Positions 13,388-25,909 of a stretch of 64,000 bases of DNA are shown piece by piece. Location: positions 248,001-312,000 of the forward strand of contig NW_027191404.1 of NCBI RefSeq assembly GCF_041146345.1, read 5' to 3'. The notes beneath the pieces were generated by a model. It was not told the DNA's origin and ran no database searches. It saw only the letters and a program-made list of their open reading frames with translations. The DNA comes from Neodothiora populina (Eukaryota). The position numbers were made by a program, and so were the translations under genes. How positions within the stretch are numbered: the stretch's first letter is position 1; every line of letters begins with the position of its first letter.

Positions 13388-15633
13388 ATGGTGTCTTTCG
13401 AGGATGATGACGATCCCATAAATGGTAGACACCGTACTTTCTTACCTCATGTGCTTGCTCTGTACTAACACTCGCACGCGCAGGGTCTGAAGAGGAAAAT
13501 GAAGACGAGGACGAGAACTTGGAGGACGAAGGCGATGCAGAGGGAGAAGGAGACGACATGGATGCAGATGGCGATGATATGGATGCTGAAGGCGACAACG
13601 ATGATGAGGGCGATCAAGACAACGATGATAATGACGAGGAAGACGACGATCAAGACGAGAATGATAATGACAACGACAACGACAATGACAATGCAGGACA
13701 AGATGAACGAGACTCGGCCTCGCAGTCGCAGTCGCAGTCGCAGTCTCGACGTGGCAGTGGCAGTGGCAGTAGAACCACGGCGACAGTAGACTCGCGTCCT
13801 TCTGCGCCAAAGGTCACTCTTACATCACCCTCGCCACGACCATCAAATGCGCAATCGCCCTCCGGCCTTCCCAGCTCGTTCTGGCCAAAGACGCCGAGCT
13901 ACGCCTTGAATGCTTCCACCTACGATATTGTTCCGACAATGGCTGCGCCTCAAAATACATCCATCAACGCGCTTGCAGCTACTCCAGATATGCGCTGGGT
14001 GTTCAGTGGAGGCACCGATGGATACATCCGCATGTACAATTGGGTCGAGACTGCCAATGGCAAGGTTCCCTTGACCGTTGCGCAGAAACACAATTTCGTG
14101 GATAGTGTCATGAAAGGTGGCTCTTTAACAACTTATTGGGAGAACGAAGAGCCGTCGGTGCGAACACCACCCGCGCAGTCTGCCGATGAAGCCAAGGACA
14201 AGGAACTTAGTCCAGTCTACTCGCTCGCTACAAATCATCAAGCTCTGTGGCTTCTCTCTGGTCTCGAGTCTGGTGGTATCAACGTGCAGACGTGCCGCCA
14301 CCAGGCAGGAACACGCATAGCTACTCTGCGCGAACACACTTCTGCCGTGTCGGTGTTGAACCTTGCTCAAGACGAGCTGAGTTTTCTTTCAGGAAGTTGG
14401 GATAAGATCATCCACGATTGGGACCTCAATACCGGCAAAGTCAAGAGAAGCTACAGGGGGAGCGGTTCACAGATCAGTGCGATTGAGCGCAGACCAGAAA
14501 GCTCTATTCCTGTTCCAGCTATCAGCGAAGAGCAGGCCATCAGCAGCACGTTCTCTAGCAACAACGCCGACAAACCATCTCTCAATAGCGGGGCTCCTAC
14601 CACAAATGGCATTGTGGCCAAACAGGAAAGCAAGAACACGGAGAATGGTACAGACGATGCCGCTGGCTCTCCTGACGGGTCACTCTTTGGCGACGATGGC
14701 GGCAGCTTGTTCGGTGACAACGACGATTCGGGCAATGGTGCAAGCCGTAGCAACAACTTCGATGATGACGATGAGTTCAGCAAGGCCATCGCGAACGGTC
14801 TACAGCAGAACGAAGATGATGCCAATAATGGTGACGTCGAAATGGCGGACGCTACAATGTCTGGTGGACCAGTTCAGTCGCCAGCACCCACTGCAGAAGG
14901 CAACGATACATCGGCTCCAAGTGATGCTGATGCCGAGAAGGACGCATCAGCAACAACGAACGGCGATGGATCTCATGGAAATCCACATTCCGAAGATGTC
15001 GATGCTCTCGCTATGACACAAACCACCTCGGCCGACGACACCCCCGCGCAAACATCAGAATCCACATTCCTCGATGCTGCTATAGATGGCACTTTGCGCA
15101 TCTGGGATCGTCGCATGTCATCACCTATCGCTCGCATTATGCCACCACGAGGCACGCCGCCATGGTGCATGGCGGCTTGCTGGTCTCCGGATGGCAACTA
15201 TATATATGCAGGTCGGAGGAACCAAACAGTCGAAGAGTACAGCATACATAAGGGTTTTCAGATGGCGGCGCCTGAGCGGACTTTACGGTTCCCTGCCGAA
15301 AGTAAGGCGGTCAGTGCCGTGAAGATGATGCCTAATGGCCGACATATGGTCTGGTAAGTTGTTCTCGTTCCACTCTGGTAGTCCTCATACTGACGATTGT
15401 CCAGCGCTTCCAACGACATTCTTCGTCTATATGACCTGCGTCACAGCGAGACATCGAAATCAGCCAGCACGACCCCCTTCCTCATCATACCTGGCCATCG
15501 CACAGGTGTCGTCAGTGCCCTCCACATCGATCCATCTGCTCGCTTCATGATCAGTATCGCTGGCAATCGAGGATGGGAAGGTGGCTCGACGGAGACACTG
15601 CTAGGCTATGAGATTCACGTACCTTCATCCTAG
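13388..15633 (+). CDS. SPT8: SAGA complex subunit Spt8 (acidic N-terminus plus WD40 repeats)
   Basis: Acidic N-terminal tract; YDIVPTMAAPQ, LTVAQKH, SPVYSLA, LSGLESGGIN, SGSWDK, PPWCMAACWSPDGNYIYAGRRN, PFLIIPGHRTG; introns 13425-13483 and 15354-15404. Confidence 0.93.
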
Positions 15634-16664
15634 AATGATGTAAAGAGTACAGATATACAGGATACAGCCACAACGGGACAGACACCAGCCGGGCTTTTTG
15701 CATCATCAAAGCCCGCTCGCCCAAGGGTCCTGAGGATTCGTAGAAGTGCACATGCTTCAGTCGACATGAATCGTAGCATGCCGCGGAAGAAGCAGACTCA
15801 CTCCAGAAGACGGACGAGATAATTGTCGCGGGCTTCGTCGAAAAGATGGCACTCAGAGGCAGTTCAGAGTAAGCACACAACGAGCAAATACATTTAGAAG
15901 TTGGCATCTTCTCGGCATGTTAGGGTTGCCAAGGCCTTGTTGCTGCAGAAGGAAGGAACAGTCACCAGATCTTAATATCGTCACAGGTGATGGATCAATA
16001 CCACCCAGGTGCATGGCTGCCACAATGGATTTCGCCGTCATCTTGTGAGCAGTAATTGCTTCGGGACCTATTTGACCAGCCTTGCCTATGCATCAATCTT
16101 GATCCAATGCACAGCTTCAGCAGAGCTTTATTGGGTGCATGAGGAGCAGCAGATTTCCAGACTATCCCTTGGACGTCAAGATTTGGTGGAGCTGCTTCGT
16201 GGGCACGAGTCGAGGGAGTAGTGTGATCAAGAGCAGGTAGTGTAGTATAATGTATGAAAAGACTTATAAATACGCTGGCAGTAACGTCAGCTTGGCTGTA
16301 TACAGGCACAGAAATAGACGAGTTAGTTCTCAATCACAACCCCTCAGAGCCTGAGACGGGATAATCCAAGCCAACTGGAGAATTTAGTACGAGACCGGAC
16401 CACGGACTGCACCACTTCCACCAAAAGTTTTCCTGAAGCGTTGGAGAAAAAGGTATCATCCCGAGTCTGTCCTCGCTCACTGCCTCTTTTCCGCGCCGTT
16501 AAGGATCACATTAGTATACGTTGCTGCCTGGAAATTCCTATGGTAAGATAAGGTACTGGAGCTTATAAGGATGACGTCACGTGTTACTATTAAAAAGGTA
16601 GTCGTTCTAAGCTCTTTAAGAAGGTAGACCTCTATATCCAAATTCATGGACAGAGATAAGCGCA

Positions 16665-17145
16665 ATGTCACGCATCGATCTCACTCTACCCGAAAAAGTG
16701 CCGGAAATGGCAGAGTACCAGCACAAAGAGTGTCCCTTCAACCCCTTTGCACTCTACTCTCTGGTCGAATGTACCGAGATGCGACAAGACCTTCTCAAAG
16801 CAAGCAACTCGGAGTGTCCTGACGACGACTACGTCAAGCTTGCACCGCAGATGTCCGTTTTGAGCGGGTCCCTGAAGGAAGTCATTGCATATTATATCAA
16901 GCTAGTAGCAGAAGAAGACAATCTCAACTATCGATATTTCCTTGTTGTGACTACGGAAGACTGGCGGCGCAAGGGCATCGCCATGGTTACTCTTGATGAT
17001 GACGAATTGGAATGCAGACCGGATCCTTTTTTTTGTCAAGATTGAAGACTCTGGGGTGGTTTTGCTTAATCTGGATATCGCGAATACTGACTGGTTTGAG
17101 GCAAGAGATAGCTGTGAGTTTTTGGCTCCGGAAGAAGACACATGA
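16665..17145 (+). CDS. Small acidic hypothetical protein with frameshift at a T8 run (possible pseudogene or assembly error)
   Basis: 126-aa ORF stops just after T8 (17027-17034); removing one T continues FFVKIEDSGVVLLNLDIANTDWFEARDSCEFLAPEEDT* to 17145. Confidence 0.55.
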
Positions 17146-19049
17146 TTTGGATCCTGTCTGATTGCCTGCATGGCGCTTGTTTTATGTTCATCTTATGTTC
17201 CTTTTCCAGAATATGCAAGAAGGAGAGCGAGAGTGATCTGTCACCCCATAATCAGCGCTGCATCTGTGTTGATAAGGGCATAGTCACCTGATTATGCGTG
17301 CTGTGTTAAAGGCTGATACTCGAAAGCCTGCCTCCCAGAGCGTGAAGTCGGTTGTCGAGAAGATCGGAGAGTATTCCCTTACATCTGACTGTTTCCCTCT
17401 TAGATGCCGGAAGAGTATACGGACATGCAAATCGATGAAGGAACTAGTAATGTGCCTGGTCGCAGTGTTAACTTCTGAAATACGTCCATACAAAATCTTT
17501 GTGTAACTTCAAGTGCTGTATGGAGCCTGTGCAGTCTGACGCTTAGAACTGCTGTGGGACAATGGGACTGCTATGCTGTCCTACACACGCAAAAATACAT
17601 TTACCGTTGGAAATATTCTACCAATGCCACAATAACAACCAAACAGAAATGCCGAGACATCATCTTTCAAGTCTGCCTTGCCCATTTCGCGTATACGAGC
17701 TTGCCGCTATAAGACCAAGTGACCAAGAAGCCGACTGCTGCTCAGGGTGGAACCCGCATTTATTTCCACAAACCACCCGTATACAAAAGGACAGCAAAAC
17801 AGGTCAAGCTGAACTCAGACAACCAGGCAAAACACACCCAATATTCGAACCGAGAAACATCTCAGCCTCATTCTATACAGTACCCTACTCGTACAACACA
17901 ATATAGCACGCCTCATCTAGCAAGGCTACGCGAAGAAGCAGAACAGATCGTACCACCCGCTCAGGTCCATCTTTCGGTACGCACCTGAGACATTATATAA
18001 GACATCACCACGTGGGACAGCACTTACTCGCGACGAATGGTAAAAGCGCAAAAAGACGGTGCTTCCGACCGTTTTGACATGTTTCTCTTCCCCACGAGGC
18101 TGTCATGTGTGAGACATGTCAACGGCGAAGCCTAAAGATTCATGTAGAAGAAAAAGAAAATTCGAAAGAATGGTAGAGCAGGTGAGCGGACGTGACACGT
18201 GACTCTTAGAGTCAGTCTGTGTGCCTGATTCTCTGGATATGCTAGAGCTTGCTTGGGCCAGTTCCACCTCATTTCCCCGGTCGGTCAGCAGCACGTGGTG
18301 TTGAACATGCCAGCAGAAAACGTTGCGGACTTCTAACGTCCGAATATGCCTCGTGGTGGACCTGCGACGATCGTGCTTTTGGGAACCTCACGGCTGTTAG
18401 TCGTTTAATTGTTCGTTCAAGGTGACGTTTTCGTGACGACGATAGATTGATGCTCTTATGTTCGTCCGATGAGGCCATAAAACGTCGGATGAGTAAGTGC
18501 CTTACAGGTTTGAGCATTGTTAATAGTATACCTTACCTCGTGCTCTTATGCCATTGGAAGGTTGTATATGCATAACATGATCGTATCAAATCTTACGTGA
18601 AAAAAAATCCTTTGAAAAAGAAAAGGCGAGATAGTTACTAGATAATTTCAAGAGGGTGGAAATGGTATGTGCCAAAAGAATTATGTTGGTGTTCGAGTTA
18701 TTGAAGGCGAAGCAAGTCCGAGAAAAGTGTTCAAGGGAGAGTTATGAAGTCAAATATTTAATTCAAGTAAACTATATATAAGAAGCGAAAAAGGAAACCA
18801 TGCCTCTATTGAAGGCAATGAAGAACAAAACCGAAAAATCCCAATCCCAATCCGAACAAAACAATGAATAGTTCCCTCGTGGAGGCCAACCCCCATACGT
18901 AGATGGGTCCTCTATATATGCAAACCCTGACCGATTTTTCGAATACGCTTGGAGGCATATGCTATGTACATTCCAATCTCCGGACTTGCAAGCGTACAGA
19001 ACGATCTCCTAGTGTCGCTGATCGTGAAACAATGCTTCATAAGGTGCGT

Positions 19050-20105
19050 TTACTTCTGGCAACCCTGGAAGAGGGCAGGGTTGGTAGCATTGCTATAGCT
19101 GTAGCTGTGGCCGATGGTGTAGTGGTTGGTTCCGCGCCACTGTCCCTTGTTGGTGGCGTAGCTGGCGGGCCAGGTCTGGTTATACATGGCGCAGTACTGT
19201 CCAACAGGGCTGCCGTTCTTGAGGAGAAGATAAGTGTTGAAGAACTGGCAGGTTTGAGGGATGCCGACACTGAGGTCGTACACGGAAGTGGCAGTGCAGG
19301 CGGCGGCGCACTGAGAAGCATCAAAGGGACCCTTGGTGAAGATCTTGACACCCATGTAAGTGTCGTGCTTGTTGCAGTCAAGGGGGGCTTCAATCGCACC
19401 TGCACCAAGGTAAGTGGGCTGGGCGTAACCGTCGACAGGAGCGACGGTCTTGTTCATGTAGCCATTGCTGCCAGCGATGACGACGTGGAAGTCCTGCTGG
19501 TACTGGCCGTTGTTGACTGCGTTGCTGGGGTCAATTGGGCCACCCCAGTAGACACACTTAGTCAAAGTAGTGGAAGCGGGGTTGGGGTTGGCCTTGGTGG
19601 GCTGAGTGACGGGATCACGCTCGTAGTAGATGTTGAAAGAGGCACAGCCGTCAATGGCGTCGCATCTCTTGGAGCACTCAATAGTATCGTAGCTCTGCAG
19701 AATGCTGTATCCGAGGTATCCATAGGCGTTGTTAGAGGCCTGGAGGTTGTTGAATGTGGAGACGTAGCCATTAGGAGTCTGAGCGTTCGTAGCAGCATCG
19801 GAGAAGTCAGTGTTGGCAAGGAATGCCTCAGGAGTATCAGCAGCTATATCACGCTTGCTGAGCGAGGAAGAGGCGTCATCAGCACCGGCAAGACCGCTGG
19901 CAATGATGGCAGCGGCGACGGTGCTGGCAGCCGCGGAAGCCTCGTAGGCAATGGTGGTGACCTGAGCGGCAGCATCGACAACAGGAATGGTGGCAGTAGG
20001 GACGGGGTCAAGAGAGTCGACAAGATCCCAGTCAATCTCCTGAGGAGTGGGGTTGGCAACAGCCATAGCTGCAAAGGCAGCGGGGATGATGATAGAGGAA
20101 CGCAT
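19050..20105 (-). CDS. Secreted Cys-rich protein (351 aa) with two PAN/apple-like Cys modules; probable cell-wall or carbohydrate-binding protein
   Basis: Signal peptide MRSSIIIPAAFAAMAVA; Kex2-like LSKR site; Cys patterns CSKRCDAIDGCASFNIYYERDP and CAAACTA..CQFFNTY..YCAMY; strong codon bias. Confidence 0.85.
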   Translation of the reverse strand: MRSSIIIPAAFAAMAVANPTPQEIDWDLVDSLDPVPTATIPVVDAAAQVTTIAYEASAAASTVAAAIIASGLAGADDASSSLSKRDIAADTPEAFLANTDFSDAATNAQTPNGYVSTFNNLQASNNAYGYLGYSILQSYDTIECSKRCDAIDGCASFNIYYERDPVTQPTKANPNPASTTLTKCVYWGGPIDPSNAVNNGQYQQDFHVVIAGSNGYMNKTVAPVDGYAQPTYLGAGAIEAPLDCNKHDTYMGVKIFTKGPFDASQCAAACTATSVYDLSVGIPQTCQFFNTYLLLKNGSPVGQYCAMYNQTWPASYATNKGQWRGTNHYTIGHSYSYSNATNPALFQGCQK

Positions 20106-23100
20106 TTTCTGATTGTGAAGATAGAAAAGTGGATCAGAAAGTGATGATGCTAAAGCTGCTAGATGCTGGACGAATGTTGCTGTTGATGATCTGTTGGAAT
20201 AGGAGACAAGCACGATATACTTATACTCTAGAGGCTGAGAGAGGCTTTCATCCAACAGCACCCTGACTTACGAGTCTTCAGCCATTTCACACCCTGACTT
20301 CGAGCTTGTCAAGTGTTGGCGAGCCTGCTTCAGCGCTTCCAGGTCCAGACGGGTAAGGAGGCTTACCTCGCTGCCCGCACAGCTCAGCCACGTGAAGCAC
20401 GGTCATTCAGCGCAGTGAGTTTTGCTATCCTCAAGCAACCTGAAGTTTGAGAGCCGGATGGATCTGGGAAACAGCGAGATCGCGTCGCCAAGCGCATCGA
20501 GGAGAAAACGCATTGTCAGTGACAGGAACAGGTAAAACTAAAGCGCGCGTGGCGCAAATCAAGTCTACATTAAAGTTCGTAACTGTCAGTTTCGGGAAGA
20601 AGCACCTTGGCGACGGCCGAATCGGTAATGGTCTCTGCCGCGCACCCTAAGTTCCAAGGTTGGCAGCACTCTGGCGACATTGATTATGTGGTAGAGGGCA
20701 CCATGGAGGCGTTCGTAGTCCGCGAAGCACTGTTTATTGTGGCATTTAGGTGCTCTGACCACCGCAAGCGAATCGCTGGCAAGTCGTACCACCAGGCGAT
20801 GCTCAGGAATGGACTCTTACTATCACGTCAATGATTGGACGTCACGGCATTGTAGGTGTTGTTTGTCGTATCGGTCATAATGTACCGGTATGTAGCGAGC
20901 AGCGAAAGATGAACACCCCATGAGATGAGGTCGCAACAGCCTCAACGATGATCCGCAAGTGATCAACGAGTCTGCATGCTCTACGCTCCTTGCGTTTTAG
21001 TGGTGGTACGTGCACTCTTAGCCTAGGTAACGAAGAAGCGCTAAAGCCTGACGTGGTTCGCTGGCAACCGTCGCTTCCCTCCTTTCAACTACGACAGCCA
21101 CGGCCTGCTACCAAGCTTCTAGACCAGACTTGACAGTGGGCAGGGCAGGGGCTATCAATATTGGCTCCGTTGATGTACTGAGTTGCGGAGCAATAAGGCT
21201 AAACATCCCATACCAAGAGCAATTTCACGTGCTCCGACCTTCCGGTAGCTAGTGATGGGATGTCTCAGATCTGGAGCGCTGAATTGGACGAGACCGTCGG
21301 CGGGATAAACGAAGATCACTTCACAGCTGATGTTCTCGCCGCTAGGCTATCTTGCACTTTGACTCGTTACAGTTCCCAAGTCTCCTACTTCTGATGATGA
21401 GGCCGATGTTAAATGACTCATCCAATGAACGGCACCAGCAAACTATCCCACCTCTAATGCAGGCCGCCTGCGACCGAAGCGGAGAAGCGAGATGGTCTTT
21501 GCGCTCCATGCCTGTCAACTCTGAAATCCTCCGTATTGCTCAACAATTCTACGAGTACTGCCTGCCTATGTTTAGCTTTTCGTTCTGTTTGCATGGTTTG
21601 CGATCGGCCTGCGATGACTGGCATAGCGTTATTGGTACTGTTGGTCTGCACAAGCTACAAGAATCACAGACACCAGTATGAAGCATGAAGCTGGTGTCCG
21701 CCTGCGCGTGGACCCGTATTCGATGAGCCAAAACCTCCACATACTTACAAACAACCGCCATAGCGTTACTCTATCTCGACTTCGGGCTCACCGATAGTTT
21801 ATTCCGGAAGCCTGGCGGTCGACTTGGGGCGCATAACCCAAAACGTTGGCGAAGCTCGCCTTCACTTGCGACGAGCACAGACTTGCCTTTACCATTCTCT
21901 TACTATCGACATTGGCACAAGCCGAAAATAGTTGACCGTCACCTTATGGAGATGTATCTGTCCCGATACATAGGTGCCATTAAATCTTGGAGTATGCAAC
22001 TCATTACCGACATATGTTGCTGGTACTAAACATATCGAGCCTAAGCTCAGCTTGATGGTGTAACTCTGTGTCAAAGCAGTCATTGCGCTACTTTCCTCGG
22101 GGTAAGATGGTTTTGCTAAGCATCCTATAACAGTGTTGTACGCGTAGTGATGCGTATAGTCGCTGTTACGCGCGTAAAGGATTACACTGCGCTATGGAAC
22201 ACTGCGCTTCACGGGAACAATCAATGTCTCAGATCGTATGTCTAGACCGAGAGTCTTAGCTCAATCTTCAGGGCGATCCGGCCGTTGGTCACGCTCTCCT
22301 TTCCTTCACGTGGAGCGTCTGCTTGGCAACAAGTTGAGCATCGCAGGTTTAGTCGACTACTACACTAAGAATTATGCTTGTTCGATCACGCAACGTTCGG
22401 GCACTTTTACGCGCTGCCAGAGGTCAGCTGGAATGATACTGGATTGATATCGTACATCTAGTGTCATAGCTCAAAGTCTCAGCAGTGGTGCTGCAACTTG
22501 GTTCGACCAAGAAGGGAGTATGTACACAGACGGTGAATTGCTGTGGACCTTAAGTCACCAATGTACATTGAGCTTGCCGAACTTCGCAAGACGACGACCA
22601 ATGACGATGTCGAATGGCGTGGAAGTAGCGTGTGATTGAATCGACTGCGGGACAGGGAACAGCAAGCTGTGATGCGTCCACCCATTCTGATCATGGCGTA
22701 CCTGTATATTACCACGGTTAAATTTTGCTTCGAGTGATTCTATTTTTTCACCATCCTGCAGCACAACAGCATGAATCGCGTGATTAACAAGAGTAGCAAC
22801 TCACGCTAGACATGATTCTGTAACCTCCAGGGATTGTGATTGGACAAATGGTCTGGATTTGAGTTCAATGCGTAATTGGCCCTCCGCCCGCTGCAGGAAC
22901 ACCCCTTGATGCTGCAGCCTAATGACCCCTGCTACTGAACTTAGTTCCCAATCCGTCGGTTCTCTTCTCTCAGTAAGGACTACAACCCGCATTGATAGCG
23001 TACCTTATCCTTGTGCTGCATTATCCGGAGACTTCGAGTTCTCGATGCAATTGGCTAAGAATACACATTTATGCCGGCATACGTATTCGGTAGGAGATCG

Positions 23101-24966
23101 ACACTGTTCCCCCAACTCAACCTTGACTCCTATCAATTGCAAATCATCTTTTCAAGTCTATACGAACAGGAGAGTAATGAACGTTCAGGGAAATGTGTAG
23201 TATCAGATGATATCGACTGAAATCATATACTGTTGACCGATTCGGCGTTTCCGAGTTCTGCTGCCCGATATCAATGTTTAGTTCTCCGCAGGGCGCACTC
23301 ACTCAATGCGAGATCTTGATCGTAGGCTTAACCGGAGCATTCCCAAGCGCTAATCGGTTTCCCCCGAATCTTTCTTTAAGCTCAGGCACACACAAGCCAC
23401 GTGCAGTACTAGTTTCATGGAAACGACTTGCTAGGGCCGTATGTACAGCTGGGGACCCCATACCATTGTTTAATATTCCATGCATGACAATGACATGCTC
23501 AGCTGAAGAAATGGCTGTCGAGGCATGGGGCAGACCGAGACCCACTTGCGGCCGGCATACATCTCGATCCAGATCCTTTTGCCAGAGCGTTCATCTCGAT
23601 CAGATTGAGAGGCAAAGAGGCAGCCAAGATTGACTACGCGAGGGATACTCGGCCGCTGTGTGGTTCAGGTGAACACTCATCAGACCATGCAGAAATCAGT
23701 TCATTCTTTGCTGCGGATGCGTGGCGCCGATGACTTCCTGCCCGGCCACCAACCACGGCATCTCCTACTCTGTCACGACTCATGCAGAGGTTATAGTGCG
23801 ATGGCGCCTCCAAAGAAACTGTGCTTATCGCCGCCCGACCAAGTCTAAATGCATATGGGTTGCTCTACTACATGCGCCTGCGATAACGTCCCTACTCGGA
23901 CCCAACTGTCCATGGACACGAGCGTCCACAGACCTCCCAGCCATCACCACAAGAGCAGCAAATCAAGCATAGACATGCTGGCGTAGCCACATGCTGCAGA
24001 GAGCAAGCCCCCAAGCCAATGGGCTCACAGTATGAACAGCGGGAACGCCGAGAGGAAAGGTATGAAGCACGCTGATCGAGCCTAAGACATGACTCAGGCT
24101 GTACTTGTACGAGCAGACAGTAAATTACTGAAGAACGTCGAGAGTCGTATCATATCGTATAGAGCCACGAGGTCGGCAGTACCGCTGTGGAATCTTCTGC
24201 GAACCACATGGGATGATTCCATCCATCAATCGGGCTGGGGGTTTCGGGTGACTGACCTCTCAAAACCAGTTGGAAACCCGTTGTGGTGGTGGATTGGACT
24301 AGTGGGGTTCGCTAGAAGGGAAGGTAGGTGGGACGATGGCACAGTAGGTTGCGGTAGGTGACACGACGGCTTTTGCTTGCGCCTTGCGGACTCGTGTCCG
24401 TCGTCGTAGTCGTTGGTCGTCGGCAGCTCGGAATGCTACACATGGCTTTGGTGCCGTGTCTTATATTGTGGAGGCATCCGTATGGTGGTGGAGACACATG
24501 TGGGGACTACACGGGTGAAGTCAGCCCTCACATGTGGCATTAACAAAAGTCGTACATGAGACAATTGACAGGCGCAGAGACTGTACGACTAGGGCAACGC
24601 TTGCAGTTTTATCGAGATGTTCCAGGTCTTATTTGATCAATTTTCAATATTCTGTCTTTCTGTCTACCGGCCTCCTAATGGCACATGGTAACAAGGGAGC
24701 ATTCTAAAGCTCGTCTCTGAGATATATACAATAAAAACAAATATTCCTGCGCCTTGAGCCCATGAGAGAGCATTTTGCGCCGCGCTTTCCAAACAATGCA
24801 ATAAAAATCAACGAAATCAAAGTCAATAATGCGCCTCGTAAGTCATGCACATACCATGCTTATTCAGCCCTACAGGAGGCCGTTGTTTCATGCATTAGGC
24901 TATTCTTCCAATAATCCCTCAGATGCGCATCGATCATCAAAGGCGCGAAGGATGTTTGGTAGCGAG

Positions 24967-25909
24967 TCATGCGACGTTTTCCTCGACCGTCTTGAGGGCG
25001 TCGTAGAATTGATTCCAGTGGTACATGACGAACATGGCACCGCACTCTTCCGTGAGCATCTTGGCCATCTTGTCCATCTGTGCCTTGTCCTCGTAAGAAC
25101 CAACATAGCCGATGAGAGGGATCTTGGCGTTTTTGGCTGCAGTGGCGCCAGACTTGCTGTCCTCAACTGCCGCACACTCGCTGGGCTTGACGCCAATTTC
25201 CTTGCAGGCGTGGAGGTAGATGGCGGGGTCAGGCTTCGACGTGGGCTTCTCGAGAGATGTTGCTGCAGAGTATACGTGCTCAGGAGGGAAGTACTTGGCT
25301 TGGCCAACCTTCTTGATGGATGCTTGCACTCGGGAAAGTGCAGAAGATGAGACAACTGCGAGTCCGTACTTCTTCTCGTCGTAAAGCTTGGCAAGAACCT
25401 CCATGCTTCCCTCACATGGCTGGGCCTTCTTCTCCAAGGTCTCAACGACCTTGCCGAGTTCACGGTCGACGTAGGCATTGAACTCGTCTTCAGGAATAGT
25501 GAAACCGTACTTCTTCTGTAGCGATACCATCATGCCACGGAAGTTTTGGCCGACGAAATCATTGAGAAGTTCTGGGCCGGTATAACGTTCTGACTTGCCA
25601 TTCTTCTCAAGAATCTCATTTGCAAGTTCAGCACAGGCTTCAAATGCGAGCTCTTCACTCAGGACAAGAGTGTTGTCACAGTCGAAGAGAATTTGCTTAA
25701 TCTGATAAATTATTAGAGTTATGTTCATGCAGCGTGATGTATACGAGTGAAGCAAGCGGCACATGGTCGGAGCGCAGCACAGCCTCGAAGGACCCTGAAT
25801 AGGGTATTCATCGATTTAGGACAAACGACCCCAACATGGCGTTGCTTCGATATTCTCATTGAGGCCGAGCAATAGTGCCTCACTAATAGTAAGTACTTAC
25901 AGGAGACAT
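24967..25909 (-). CDS. HAD-superfamily phosphatase (subfamily IA, CbbY/YieH-like)
   Basis: Motif I FDCDNTL, motif II VVSSS, motif III KPDPAIY, motif IV VEDSKSG; 9-nt first exon (ATGTCTCCT) and intron 25702-25900 (GTAAGT..CTAAT..CAG). Confidence 0.92.

Noticed and set aside
13500..13770. GAC/GAT and TCGCAG tandem repeats (also GAC repeat at 44747-44783)
   Set aside because: Coding low-complexity Asp/Glu and Ser-Gln tracts within genes.
18540..18900. AT-rich tract as a possible RIP-mutated repeat
   Set aside because: A-rich on one strand, consistent with the 3'UTR/terminator of the minus-strand gene; no transposon remnants evident.
18903..20144. 413-aa plus-strand ORF
   Set aside because: Antisense shadow of the codon-biased secreted protein gene; Val/Gly-rich with no motifs.
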